A stretch of DNA of 64,000 bases, taken from positions 19,840,001-19,904,000 of the forward strand of contig NC_091285.1 of the NCBI RefSeq assembly GCF_032444005.1. Reading direction: 5' to 3'. Below are positions 32,188 through 44,276 of this stretch, piece by piece. A program made the position numbers and the translations under genes. This DNA is from Ranitomeya imitator (taxonomy: Eukaryota). Position 1 is the first letter of the stretch; every line of letters begins with the position of its first letter. The notes under the pieces are model-generated. The model was not told the DNA's origin and ran no database searches. It saw nothing but the letters and a program-made list of their open reading frames with translations.

Positions 32188-33239
32188 GGCTGACACGGAA
32201 GAAGTATGACACCGGTTAAACAGTAAAGTCGTAGTTACGCCCATTTACTTAACCCCTTAAGGAGACAGCATGCTATTTTTTGTTATTGAATTACTGCAGT
32301 ATAAAAGCCATAACCTTTTTGTTTTTTTCTGTTAACTTTGCCATTTAGTGGTTTTTTTTATGAGTCCAGTTATCTGTCACTAGTTTGTGGTACATGTAAT
32401 ATATTGTATAACGTCAATACTTTTCTTTATTTTTTTCCATCGAGAAGGGGCATGCAATATCAACACTGTATTCTACAATTTATTTATAAAATATTCACTT
32501 TTCAATGCCATAATTGTCACAAACATTATATTATAAGGATTTTTTGCAATAATAGCATTGCAAAATGTATCACTTTTTATATTTAGCACAATTAAAAAAG
32601 CTTTTTTTTTTAAATAATTTCAATTTGGGCTAATGCATTTCAAGTACCAAAATCCATTTATTTTTCGATTTACAGAGCTTTTTGAGGGTTTGCTGTTTGC
32701 AGGCTGACTTGTAGTTTTTAGTGATACCTTTTTAGTGCAAATAAAATTTATCAATTATGTTTTATTTCATTTTTTTGTCTCAACAAAAAAAAAATCTACA
32801 TTTTTTACAACGTTCACTAAGCTTGTAAAAATTTGGTCATGCCAGTGATTTCACTTATTGATATATTGATTTTTGAACAGTTTATTAAATAATACAACAC
32901 TTCATAGAAAGAAAAAGGTTTTTTTACTTTATTTTTTCCCCCCACCAGGGGACTTAAACATGCAATTCTTTGATTGGTTCTATAAAATTACATAATAATG
33001 CAATACTCCTGAAACTGAGTATAAATTCATAGACATTCTGTAAATACAGACCACTTTTTTTAATTGACCATAATAAAATGGCGGTCTGCGATTTTTGTTT
33101 TGTTCTCTTTAAAAAAAAATCTTAAAACATTTTTAAAAAAAAAGGCGCATAAACATTTTTGGCAACAGAAATACAATGCAGGGGGAATGCCCAAGGAGGA
33201 AAGAAATTATCTGCATTCATTCAATGAAAAAAATTGTTG

Positions 33240-34020
33240 GTCCACAAGGAGAAGCCAAGGCAGGTACAAAGTTGTTGAGAAGTACAAGTCATGGTTGGGT
33301 GATAAAAAAATATCCCAATCTCTGATGATCCACTGGAGCATTATCAAATCCATTATCATCAAATGGAAAAAACATGGTACCACAACAAACCTGCCAAGAG
33401 AGGGACGCCCCCCAAAAACATTCAGCAATGGCATGGAGGGCATTAATCAGAGAGGCAGCACAGAGACCAAAGGTAACCCTGAAGGAGCTGCAGAGTCCCC
33501 AAGGAGAGACTAGAGTATCTCCCAATACAACCACAAAAAGTCATAGACTCCTTTGAGGTGGCCTATATGGAAGAGTGGGCAGAAAAAAAGCCTTCAATTA
33601 CACACAAAAATTTGAAGGCTCATTTTGAATTTGCCAAAAGACATGAGGGAGACTCTCCAGATGTACAGAGGAAGGAGCTGTGGTTAGATGAGACTAAAAT
33701 TGAACTTTTTGGCCACCAAGGTAAAAACTATGTCTGGCGCCAAACCAACACAGCTCATCACCCCAAGAACACCATCCCCACAGTGAAACATAGTGGTGGT
33801 AGCATCATGCTGTGGGGATGTTATTAGGCAGTATGGACAAGGAAAATGGTCTGAGTCGAGGGGGAAGATGGATAGTGTGAAATACAGGGATTTTCTTGAG
33901 CAAAACCTGTTTCAGTCTGTCAGTGATTTGAGACTGAGACAGAAGTTCACCTTCCAGCAAAACAATGACCTAAAGCATACTGCTAAAGCAATGCTCGAGT
34001 GTTTTAAGGGGAAACGTGTA
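33240..34020 (+). mobile_element. Degenerate Tc1 transposase fragment
   Basis: [51 protein letters not shown]. Multiple frameshifts. Confidence 0.85.
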
Positions 34021-34570
34021 CCGTATTTTTCAGATTATAAGAAGCACTTAGTTCCCCCCAAATTTGGGGGAATAATGGGTGTGCGTCTTACCGCGGCCAC
34101 GGTGGAGTACGGTCACTGCTGGAGGAGGCAAGAGTGGTGTGTTGCTGCAGACAAGAGTGGAGTGTTGCTGAGATCTCATCAGAGATGAGATCTCAGCGCC
34201 AAGATCTCCATCTGCCCATGCGCCGCCATTTTCCCAGAGTCAATTGCAAAGTAAACCATGGAAGTATGGGGGCTCTGGGCTTTCACAAAATGTCGGCGGA
34301 GCCCCTGAACCACCAAACACCCACCGCGTCGCACATCCAAACACCCATTTCTCCCAGTCTGTTGTCCACAGTATTGTCACACTCCTGCCTCTGCCAGCAC
34401 CAACCCTGGGACCCAGCTTCACCGCAGCCACCACCCCTGTAAGCAATAAGACGCATGGCTTGTAAGAAGCATCATCATTTTACTAAAAAAAGGTTTTTTT
34501 TCCTATTTTTCTCCTCAAAATTTGGGGGGCGTCTTATAATCTGATGAGTCTTATAAACCGCAAAATATTG
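34021..34570. mobile_element. Tc2/pogo-type MITE inserted at TA in the Tc1 fragment
   Basis: TA|ccgtatttttcagattataag ... cttataaaccgcaaaatattg|TA. A related end is at about 56330-56460. Confidence 0.6.
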
Positions 34571-34809
34571 TAATGGTCGGTTATAATGTTGATGTTATAT
34601 TTTTCCTTCACTATGTACATATATTCATTATGCAAAGCAGGGGGCAGGTCAGTGAGGGATCAGTGACCTGTCAGCAGTCTGCATTATGAATATCTAATCA
34701 GAGCACCACATTCATGAACCCCGCATTAAGGCACTAGAATCTCATTAACACAAAACTGGAAATAAAGATTATACAACAACTACAAGACAGATTTCATCAA
34801 CCTAGGTAT

Positions 34810-36020
34810 CATTTTTTTTATATATATATACATTTTTATTAAAGATTTTCATATTAACCGTGGTAACAAGAAGACATCATCAAACATAACTTGTCATTGA
34901 TACAATCTTTCAATTCCGTAATTAAAGAATTACTAACATCATGACTATTATTTCGTGATACATATAGGAGGAATAAGAGCTCCAGAGCATCCCCCTCATG
35001 GAACTGATAATTTATATCTGTGCTGCTCCTTTTCCAAAATGACATATGAAAATTTCCATGACCACGGTAACAACAAAAAGATATCGTCCATCATGACCTG
35101 TCATTGGTATAAAATTTCCCCTCCGTATTTAAAAGATTACAGATTACATGGTTATTGATTTCCAGTTGTATCTAAAGAGAGAGATTAAAGCTCTAGAACG
35201 CCCACCTCCTGAAAGTGAGGACTTATTTCTTAGGATCTCCACCAAGTCTCACTCACTCAACCTTTCCCCCATCCCTCCTCTTCTCATCCACTATGAGTTT
35301 CGCCACTACCAGCAGGGTGTCTTATCACTCCATTCAAAGACAACCTAGTTTGGTTTTGAGACTTTCCGTTAAGTACCATTTCGTTGAAATGAACGGTTCA
35401 ATTATTTTCTGTTTCTCGTCAGAATTGCAATATTTGACAATAAATTGCTTCCATTTTATTAAAAATTTCCCGGCTTGCGTTTGCTTGTTCGTTAGAGCAT
35501 CTCCCTGTTCTATCAACAAACAATGATGTCAATGAGCTATGAAATCAGAAAGTGACGGGACAGACGAGCTGAGCCATTCTCCGAGAACCAATTTCTTAGC
35601 CTATATCAGAATAGTCTGTAGGAGTTTCGGGGGGCACCTTCTCTCCACTGCCCTTCAGCCCCAACTAATCTCAAGAGTGTCGAATTGACATCATCAGAGT
35701 CAGCGGCCTTAAAGTGTTCCATAGTGTTGATATGAACCCTGATACTGAATCCCAAAAAGGGATGATATCTGGGCATGACCATAGTCCATGTGATAGATCT
35801 GATTTGGGGAGCTGACATCTGGGACACGCATGTATTGCTTCATGCATGATTTTAAACTGAGTCTCCCTCCAAGATTCATTTATTATATGTTTCCTAAAAA
35901 TGGACCACCCCTTCCTTACTCTGGAGGGAATCGCAACATCATCCAGTTGCAATCTTCAGGATTTATAGAAGGTGTCTGGATGGGGGTCTATCAAACGTAA
36001 TTTCATCATGGAGTAAATTA
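34810..36020 (-). mobile_element. 5'-truncated, degenerate L1 3' remnant
   Basis: ORF2 C-terminus RETQFKIMH...CPRC......H..WSCPDIIPFW. AT-rich tail with AATAAA near 34835. Confidence 0.75.
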
Positions 36021-36022
36021 TA

Positions 36023-36843
36023 CAGGATGGGCCATATATATGGATACACCTAAATAAAATGGGAATGTTTGGTGATATCAACTTCCTGTTTGTGGCACAT
36101 TAGTGTAAGGGAGGGGGGAAACTTTTCAAGATGGGCGGTGACCATGGCGGCCATTTTGTAGTCGGCCATTTTGGATCCAACTTTATTTTTTTCCAATGGT
36201 AAGAGGGTCATGTGACACATCAAACTTATTGGGAATTTCACAAGAAAAACAAAGGTGTGCTTGGTTTTAACGTAACTTTATTTTTTCATGAGTTATTTAC
36301 AAATTTATGACCACTTATAAATTGTGTTCAAAGTGCTGCCCATTGTGTTGAATTGTCAATGCAACCCTCTTCTGCCTCTCTTGACACACTGATAGCAAAA
36401 CCGCAGAAGAAATACTAGTCTAAGGGGGTCAGATTCCTTGTAGGAATGCTTGGACCTGACACCCATAATGTGGTGGTGCACCATCTTGCTGGAAAAACTC
36501 AGGGAACGTGCCATCTTCAGTGCATAAAGAGGGCAACACATCATCATTTAGCAATTTCAGATATCCAGTCGCATTGAGGTTTCCACTGATGAAGAATGAC
36601 CCCACTATCTTTGTACCACATATACCCCACCATACCATCAATTATGGGTGTCAGGTCCGAGCATTCCTATATGAACAGTTCCCTGGAAAGTGGATTGGTC
36701 GTCATGGGCCTGTTGAATGGCTACCAAGGTCTTCCGATCTGACCCCCTTAGACTTTTATCTTTGGGGTCATCTAAAGGCAATTGTCTATGCTGTAAAGAT
36801 ACGAGATGTGCAGCATCTGAAACAATGGATACTGGAAGCCTGT
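36023..36843 (-). mobile_element. Rearranged DD41D (rosa/Visitor-type) Tc1-mariner fragment
   Basis: TA|caggatgggcc terminus. Minus strand: FQQDGAPPHYG... and a C-terminal ...NGQHFEHNL*. Plus strand: ...WLPRSSDLTPLDFYLWGHLK. The reconstructed spacing from D(QQD) to the final D is 41 residues. Confidence 0.7.
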
Positions 36844-36949
36844 TCACTTAGAGATCTGGGTTACTGGTTAACGGAGGTATGGATTGAGTGGACTCAGTAG
36901 GTCCGTTGTCATAGGTCATTGTAGTCGACATCGTAGTGGTCGGCTCTCC

Positions 36950-37744
36950 TGTTGTGAATTCCGCTCTTGGGCTCCCTCCGGTGGTTGTAAGTGGCACTTT
37001 TGTGAGTTCTGCTCTTGGGCTCCCTCTTGTGGTTTCTAGTGGTGTGGCTGCTCCTTGGAGTTAGCTGTCTTCAGCTGCTTCCACCTGATCGTCGTTTCTG
37101 CTTGGCTATTTAAGCCTGGCTTTTCCTTCAGCTTGTGCCACTTGTAAATGGTTCTGGTTGGATTCACATCTCTTTGGATTTCCCTGTTATCCTGACCAGT
37201 TCAGCTAAGCTAAGTTTTTGCTTGCGCTTTTCTGTCCACAGATTGTGGACTTATCCGTTCCGTGTTTTCTATGTTTGTCCAGCTTATCAGTATGAATTAA
37301 TTCTGTCTTGCTGGAAGCTCTGGGAAGCAGATTTACCCTCCACACCTTTAGTCAGGTGTGGAGTTTTTAGTAAACTCTGCGTGGATTTTTGTAGTGTTTT
37401 ATACTGACCGCACAGTATTCCATCCTGTCCTACCTATCTAGCTAGACTGGCCTCCTGTGCTCATTCTGGTTTCATTCTGTGTATGTCTTTTCCCTCTCCA
37501 CTCACAGTCATTATTTGTGGGGGGCTAATCTATCCTTTGGGGATTTTCTCTGAGGCAAGATAGTTTTCCTGCTTCTATCTTTAGGGGTAGTTAGCTCTTA
37601 GGCTGTGTCGAGATGTCTAGGGAGTGACAGGTACATCCCACGGCTACTTCTAGTGTGGTGTTGAGCTTAGGGACTGCGGTCAGTACAGATACCACTTCCT
37701 TCAGAGCTCGTTCCATGTTGCTCCTAAACCACCGCATCATAACA
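36950..37744 (+). repeat. 5' LTR (TG...CA, 795 bp)
   Basis: tgttgtgaattcc ... catcataaca. TATA-like tatttaa at 37107. Confidence 0.9.
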
Positions 37745-37745
37745 G

Positions 37746-37755
37746 TACAAGTGGC
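37746..37755 (+). promoter_or_regulatory. Self-priming PBS-like motif, complementary to the predicted transcript 5' end
   Basis: tacaagtggc is the exact reverse complement of gccacttgta at 37137-37146, which starts 30 nt after the TATA-like box. Confidence 0.65.
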
Positions 37756-37845
37756 CAAAAATGAATTAAATGCATCTCAAAAGAAGGAAAAAAACCTGCA
37801 TGATGTTGTTTACTGGGATTTCCATGGTTACGGGAACATAATCCG

Positions 37846-40797
37846 GTGCTGGATTGGAAAAATATGTTGGTGACTAGTTGGGGTTGTCGAGGAGTACATA
37901 GTGACGTTCCTTTGATGTCAATTTCCTCTTCCCCCTCTTCTGAGGTCCCTGAGTTTTTGTCGGATTTCCAGGATGTATTTGATGAGCCCAAGTCCAGTTC
38001 CCTCCCTCCACATAGGGACTGTGATTGTGCTATTAACTTGATTCCTGGTTGTAAGTTCCCTAAGGGCCGACTTTTCAATCTGTCTGTGCCAGAGCATGCC
38101 GCCATGTGGAGTTATGTTAAGGAATCTTTGGAGAAAGGGCATATTCGGCCCTCTTCGTCACCATTGGGAGCGGGTTTCTTTTTTGTTGCTAAGAAGGATG
38201 GCTCCTTGAGACCCTGTATTGATTATCGTCTGCTTAATAAGATCACGGTCAAATTCCAATACCCCTTGCCTTTGCTTACTGATTTGTTTGCTCAGATTAA
38301 GGGGGCTAGTTGGTTTACTAAGATTGACCTCCGAGGGGCATATAATCTTGTTTGTATTAAACAGGGTGATGAATGGAAAACTGCATTTAATACGCCCGAA
38401 GGCCATTTTGAATACCTTGTGATGCCATTTGGGCTCTCTAATGCTCCATCTGTGTTCCAGTCTTTCATGCATGATATTTTCCACAATTATCTTGATAAAT
38501 TCATGGTCGTATATTTGGATGATATTTTGATTTTTTCCAATGATTGGGAGTCTCATGTGAAGCAGGTCAGGATGGTGTTCCAGATCCTTCGTGATAATGC
38601 TTTATTTGTGAAGGGGTCTAAGTGCCTATTCGGAGTTCAGAAGGTCTCTTTTTGGGGTTTTATTTTTTCTCCCTCGTCTATAGAAATGGATCCTGTTAAG
38701 GTCCAGGCTATTCATGACTGGATCCAACCCACATCTGTGAAGGGTCTTCAAAAATGTTTGGGCTTTGCTAATTTCTATCGCCGTTTCATTGCCAACTTTT
38801 CCAGTGTGGTTAACCCCCTTACTGATTTGACGAAGAAAGGCGCTGATGTGACGAATTGGTCCTCTGGGGCTGTTGAGGCCTTTCAGGAGCTTAAGCGCCG
38901 ATTTACTTCTGCCCCTGTGTTGCGTCAACCGGATGTTTCTCTTCCTTTTCAGGCTGAGGTCGACGCTTCTGAGATTGGGGCAGGGGCCGTTTTGTCTCAG
39001 AGGGAGTCTGATGGTTCTTTGATGAAACCATGTGCTTTTTTTTCCAGAAAGTTTTCACCTGCGGAACGCAATTATGATGTCGGCAATCGGGAGTTGTTGG
39101 CTATGAAGTGGGCGTTTGAGGAGTGGCGACATTGGCTTGAGGGAGCTAAACACCGTGTTGTGGTCCTGACCGATCATAAGAATCTGATTTACCTCGAGTC
39201 GGCCAAGCGGCTGAATCCTAGACAGGCTCGATGGTCCCTGTTTTTCTCCCGTTTTGATTTCGTGGTCTCGTATCTTCCGGGACCTAAGAATGTTAAGGCT
39301 GATGCCCTCTCTAGGAGTTTTTCGCCTGATTCTCCTGGAGTCCTTGAGCCGGTTGGCATTCTTAAGGAGGGGGTGATTCTTTCTGCTATCTCCCCTGATT
39401 TGCGGCGGGTGCTTCAGGAATTTCAGGCTGATAGGCCTGGCCGCTGTCCAGTAGGGAAGCTGTTTGTTCCTGATAGATGGACAAGTAAAGTAATTTCTGA
39501 GGTTCATTGTTCAGTGTTGGCTGGTCATCCTGGGATTTTTGGTACCAGAGATTTGGTTGCTAGGTCCTTTTGGTGGCCTTCCTTGTCGCGCGATGTGCGT
39601 GCTTTTGTGCAGTCCTGTGGGACTTGCGCCCGGGCCAAGCCTAGCTGTTCCCGCGCTAGTGGGTTGCTTTTGCCTTTGCCGGTCCCTGAGAGGCCCTGGA
39701 CGCATATTTCCATGGATTTTATTTCGGATCTTCCTGTTTCCCAGAAGATGTCTGTTATCTGGGTTGTTTGTGACCGGTTCTCTAAAATGGTCCATCTGGT
39801 ACCTCTGCCTAAGTTGCCTTCCTCCTCAGATCTGGTTCCATTATTTTTTCAGCATGTGGTTCGTTTGCATGGCATTCCGGAGAATATTGTGTCTGACAGA
39901 GGTTCTCAGTTTGTCTCTAGATTTTGGCGGGCCTTTTGTGCTAGGATGGGCATTGATTTGTCTTTTTCTTCGGCGTTTCATCCTCAGACTAATGGCCAAA
40001 CTGAGCGAACTAATCAGACCTTGGAGACCTATTTGAGATGCTTTGTGTCTGCTGATCAGGATGATTGGGTGTCTTTCTTGCCGTTGGCCGAGTTTGCCCT
40101 TAATAATAGGGCTAGTTCGGCTACTTTGGTTTCACCTTTCTTTTGTAATTTTGGTTTTCATCCTCGTTTTTCTTCTGGGCAGGTTGAGCCTTCTGATTGT
40201 CCTGGTGTTGATTCTGTGGTGGACAGGCTGCAGCAGATTTGGACTCATGTGGTGGACAATTTGACGTTGTCTCAGGAAAGGGCTCAACGTTTTGCTAACC
40301 GCCGTCGGTGTGTTGGTCCCCGGCTTCGTGTGGGGGATTTGGTTTGGTTGTCTTCTCGTCATGTTCCTATGAAGGTTTCTTCTCCTAAATTTAAGCCTCG
40401 GTTTATTGGTCCTTATAAAATTTCTGAAATTATTAATCCGGTGTCTTTTCGTTTGGCTCTTCCTGCCTCTTTTTCCATTCATAATGTTTTCCATAGATCT
40501 TTGTTGCGGAGATATGTGGTGCCCGTTGTTCCCTCGGTTGACCCTCCTGCCCCGGTGTTGGTTGAGGGAGAGTTGGAATATGAGGTTGAGAAGATTTTGG
40601 ATTCTCGTTTTTCGAGGCGGAGGCTTCAGTATCTTGTCAAGTGGAAGGGTTATGGCCAGGAGGATAATTCTAGGGTTGTTGCCTCCGATGTCCATGTCAC
40701 CGATTTGGTTTGTGCTTTTCACTTGGCTCGTCCTGATCGGCCTGGGGGCTCTGGTGAGGGTTCGGTGACCCCTCCTCAAGGGGGGGTACTGTTGTGA
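37846..40797 (+). CDS. Gypsy pol remnant: RT (YLDD), RNase H, integrase (HHCC, DDE) and chromodomain, open for 983 codons
   Basis: KKDGSLRPCIDY, IDLRGAYN, YLDD, VDAS, TDHKNL, H..GH..C..C, SMDF/SDRG/QTE, EYEVEKILDSR...YLVKWKGYG. The start is non-ATG and most of the protease is missing. Confidence 0.9.
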   Translation: MLDWKNMLVTSWGCRGVHSDVPLMSISSSPSSEVPEFLSDFQDVFDEPKSSSLPPHRDCDCAINLIPGCKFPKGRLFNLSVPEHAAMWSYVKESLEKGHIRPSSSPLGAGFFFVAKKDGSLRPCIDYRLLNKITVKFQYPLPLLTDLFAQIKGASWFTKIDLRGAYNLVCIKQGDEWKTAFNTPEGHFEYLVMPFGLSNAPSVFQSFMHDIFHNYLDKFMVVYLDDILIFSNDWESHVKQVRMVFQILRDNALFVKGSKCLFGVQKVSFWGFIFSPSSIEMDPVKVQAIHDWIQPTSVKGLQKCLGFANFYRRFIANFSSVVNPLTDLTKKGADVTNWSSGAVEAFQELKRRFTSAPVLRQPDVSLPFQAEVDASEIGAGAVLSQRESDGSLMKPCAFFSRKFSPAERNYDVGNRELLAMKWAFEEWRHWLEGAKHRVVVLTDHKNLIYLESAKRLNPRQARWSLFFSRFDFVVSYLPGPKNVKADALSRSFSPDSPGVLEPVGILKEGVILSAISPDLRRVLQEFQADRPGRCPVGKLFVPDRWTSKVISEVHCSVLAGHPGIFGTRDLVARSFWWPSLSRDVRAFVQSCGTCARAKPSCSRASGLLLPLPVPERPWTHISMDFISDLPVSQKMSVIWVVCDRFSKMVHLVPLPKLPSSSDLVPLFFQHVVRLHGIPENIVSDRGSQFVSRFWRAFCARMGIDLSFSSAFHPQTNGQTERTNQTLETYLRCFVSADQDDWVSFLPLAEFALNNRASSATLVSPFFCNFGFHPRFSSGQVEPSDCPGVDSVVDRLQQIWTHVVDNLTLSQERAQRFANRRRCVGPRLRVGDLVWLSSRHVPMKVSSPKFKPRFIGPYKISEIINPVSFRLALPASFSIHNVFHRSLLRRYVVPVVPSVDPPAPVLVEGELEYEVEKILDSRFSRRRLQYLVKWKGYGQEDNSRVVASDVHVTDLVCAFHLARPDRPGGSGEGSVTPPQGGVLL

Positions 40798-41535
40798 ATT
40801 CCGCTCTTGGGCTCCCTCCGGTGGTTGTAAGTGGCACTTTTGTGAGTTCTGCTCTTGGGCTCCCTCTTGTGGTTTCTAGTGGTATGGCTGCTCCTTGGAG
40901 TTAGCTGTCTTCAGCTGCTTCAACCTGATCGTCGTTACTGCTCGGCTATTTAAGCCTGGCTTTTCCTTCAGCTTGTGCCACTTGTAAATGGTTCTGGTTG
41001 GATTCACATCTCTTTGGATTTCCCTGTTATCCTGACCAGTTCAGCTAAGCTAAGTTCTTGCTTGCACTTTTCTGTCCACAGATTGTGGACTTATCCGTTC
41101 CGTGTTTTCTATGTTTGTCCAGCTTATCAGTATGAATTAATTCTGTCTTGCTGGAAGCTCTGGGAAGCAGATTTACCCTCCACACCTTTAGTTAGGTGTG
41201 GAGTTTTTAGTAAACTCTGCGTGGATTTTTGTAGTGTTTTATACTGACCGCACAGTATTCCATCCTGTCCTACCTATCTAGCTAGACTGGCCTCCTGTGC
41301 TCATTCTGGTTTCATTCTGTGTATGTCTTTTCCCTCTCCACTCACAATCATTATTTGTGGGGGGCTAATCTATCCTTTGGGGATTTTCTCTGAGGCAAGA
41401 TAGTTTTCCTGCTTCTATCTTTAGGGGTAGTTAGCTCTTAGGCTGTGTCGAGATGTCTAGGGAGTGACAGGTACATCCCACGGCTACTTCTAGTGTGGTG
41501 TTGAGCTTAGGGACTGCGGTCAGTACAGATACCAC
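40790..41535 (+). repeat. 3' LTR, missing its last 49 bp
   Basis: Matches 36950-37695, then diverges abruptly after cagtacagataccac. Confidence 0.9.
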
Positions 41536-42848
41536 ATCTCAATGATGTCACCGCTTGTCACTGAGGCTGCGCTCGCAGCAGCTCATTCACCAGTGGTTCT
41601 CAGACATGGATTATGGCGTGGGACACAACAACAGACAGGTATGGTATATTGTTGTTTTTTTATTTTTGTTTTATTACAGGAGATCGAGGGCTTTGGTGGA
41701 ATAGGCGTTTGGTGAGTATATCTGTGTTTGTTATTTTTAAATAAAAAAAGAAAACTGTATTTTGTTTTATTTCTAATAAAAGACTTTTTTCTGGCTGTGC
41801 CTTTATTTACTATATAACTATAGGATTAGTAATGGATAGGTGTCTTATAGACGTCTCTCCATTACTAAGCCGTGGGCTTGATGTCACCTGACAAAAAAAA
41901 GGTGACATCAACCCCACAAATATGAACCACACTTGCCACGGCTACAGGGCAAGTGGGAAGAGACGGGCAAAGTGCCAGAATTGGCGCATCTAATAGATGC
42001 TCCTTTTCTGGGCAGCTGCGGGCTGCTATTTTTAGGCTGGTGGGCCTATATCAATGACCAGCCTGAGAATACGAGCCCACAACTGTCAGCTTTAGCTTGG
42101 CTGGTTGTCAAAAAATGGGGGAACCCCATGCCTTTTTTTAAATTATTTAAATAATTAAAAAATACGGTGTAGGGACCGCTCTATTGTTGATAACCAGCCT
42201 TCGGGTCTTTCATTCATTTATTTAGTTCTAGCGCAGGCGGCGGGCAAGGAATACCCCCATCATCCTCTTCTGCTGTCACTGTTATTAGTGGCAGCAGGTG
42301 TAGGTTGATGGGAGTAATAGTCCCAAAAGCTGCCACCTGCTGTCATTGTTCTGACTTGAATATAACTCATCGTTCTCCTCTGCTCGTACCGATCGCTGGC
42401 GGAGTAGGGGAGAACGATGAGAGCCCTCTTCAGCACCCGGCGCCAGAGAATAGTGCTTCTTCCTCGGTGCCGATGCGTGTCACACAGATGACATCCATGG
42501 GTTTTCTTCATGTGCACGTGTGTGGGACGTTTTGCAGCCCGTGCTGATGGGAAAAAAGGAAAATGTCTACGTGTGGGGCACACGGTCCGTGGAAACACAC
42601 TGACATGTGCACATTCATTTGAATGGGTCTACGTGTATCAGTGTTACCGGTACATGTGAAAACTGTCACCACACGTACCGGAGACACGAACGTGTGAAAG
42701 AGGCCTAAGAGCAGTAACTTTGATTTTGTCAGCGGGAAAATAAAAAATGTGTGGGATTGTGGTTTTTTTTGTTTTATTGGGGTGATAAAATTGAGAAATT
42801 CATAAAAATTACTTGAGTTGGAATTTTCCAAAACATCTGGGACTTACA

Positions 42849-43030
42849 CAGTGGGTGCGGAAAGTATTCAGACCCCTTAAAATTTTTCACTCTTTGTTTC
42901 ATTGCAGCCGTTTGGTAAATTCAAAAAAGTTATTTTTTTTTCTCATTAATGTACACTCTGCACCCCACCTTGACTGAAAAAAAAAAACAGAAATGTAGAA
43001 TTGTTTTGCAAATTTATTAAAAAAGAAAAA
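42849..43030 (+). mobile_element. Tc1 left-end fragment
   Basis: cagtgggtgcggaaagtattcagacccc TIR-like start; no ORF follows. Confidence 0.55.
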
Positions 43031-43039
43031 CTGAAGGGG

Positions 43040-44276
43040 GGTTAGAATCTAGTCAGCATTTGACCACAACCATCCCAGCATTATTCCGGCAGTCAGAGGT
43101 AAACACAATAAAGATGGCCGCTGCTCATGGGCCACTGATGTGTGCTTGCCCCAGGGCAAAATTTGCCAACCTCCAACCTGTGATCACACGATGGCACACA
43201 CTAAATGCTGCAGTATATGCTGAGGCATGATGGCTCATATGAGTATCTGAAAACCCCCTCACCGCACATGAGGACCCCAGCGCGGCTCTACAGATACGTC
43301 CATATGGACCAAACAGTTATATATGACGCTGTTGAACTGTGTTTTTTTCGTGCATTTATTTCCTTTAGGTTTCTTTTGGGAACCTGAAATAACCCATGTA
43401 AAAATCATTTGTACAATACCAGTGTTTCTGTACTTAAAAATACAACATAAAAACTCCATCAAATCTGAACCAAAAAATAAAAAAAAAGATAAAACATAAA
43501 AAACATTAAAAACGTAATTATCAGAGTAAATTTCTATTGTGGTTTTTGGTGCTGTCACCTGAGAAAAGTAACATTTCTTACTTGTAGGAACATGATCGTA
43601 GGACGGAACTTTCCTTGTTTTGCCCCTTTTGCCCTCCATAGTCTCTGTGCTGCACTATTATGGCTGTGAGCCCATTCTGTCAGTTTGTGGCTATTTTATC
43701 TGTATTTTTCTGATCTCCTCTCAGCTGATTTATAACTACAGATACAATCAAAGTAGAGCGGGGAAAACAAAAAGCCTGTAAAAGCCAAACGGTGCAAAAA
43801 TTTTAATGAAACCCACTTTAAAAATATATTTTAACCCTAAATACAAGCATTTAAGTAGAAATAAAATGTCCCTAAAGGTGGACAACCCCCCGTATCTTAA
43901 CCTTACAGTCTTATTCTCATTATAAATGGTTAACATTGCAAAGTGCCATTAAAAGCAAGGAGCTGAAATGTACTTATAAAAATTATCAAGGAATGTTATT
44001 GTTTATAGCTTGGTACTTAGGTTACCGACCACCGCTGCATCTATCAAGCTCTTTTCTATAGAACTCGTAAGCAATGGTGGGAAGCTGCCTGATCTCTGGT
44101 TCTGCTTCAATGCAACCATGCTCTTCTGATGAAAAAAAGGGCAAAGCTGACCCTGATAGTATCATCCAAGGGCACAGAGATAGTCCAAACTGTAAATCAG
44201 GAACTGAGGCATGAAATATGGAGCGGTGCGGTCCTCAACTGCAATGGTGAGAGAGGACCTCAAAAGGTGTCATTTC
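43040..44276. repeat. Segmental duplication block (3' flank of TRIM copy 4), homologous to 57300-59975
   Basis: Shared runs such as cagaggt(a/g)aacacaataaagatggccgctgctcatggg and ttaggttaccgaccaccgctgc, collinear up to the stop codons. Confidence 0.9.

Larger units (their letters stand above)
36950..41535 (+). mobile_element. Ty3/Gypsy chromovirus (Sushi-like), gag-deleted, 3' LTR truncated
   Basis: LTRs about 99% identical over 746 bp (about 8 differences counted), PPT aaggggggg at 40778-40786, and pol with RT-RH-INT-chromodomain. Confidence 0.95.

Noticed and set aside
32188-32244. N-terminal extensions MGVTTT... on TRIM copies 3 and 5
   Set aside because: The in-frame ATG is absent in copy 2, the sequence is a polypyrimidine tract plus AG acceptor, and the downstream ATG has a strong, conserved context.
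34541-34560. CTGATGAG as another hammerhead core
   Set aside because: No stem II + GAAA + UH arrangement follows; it lies in a MITE subterminal repeat.
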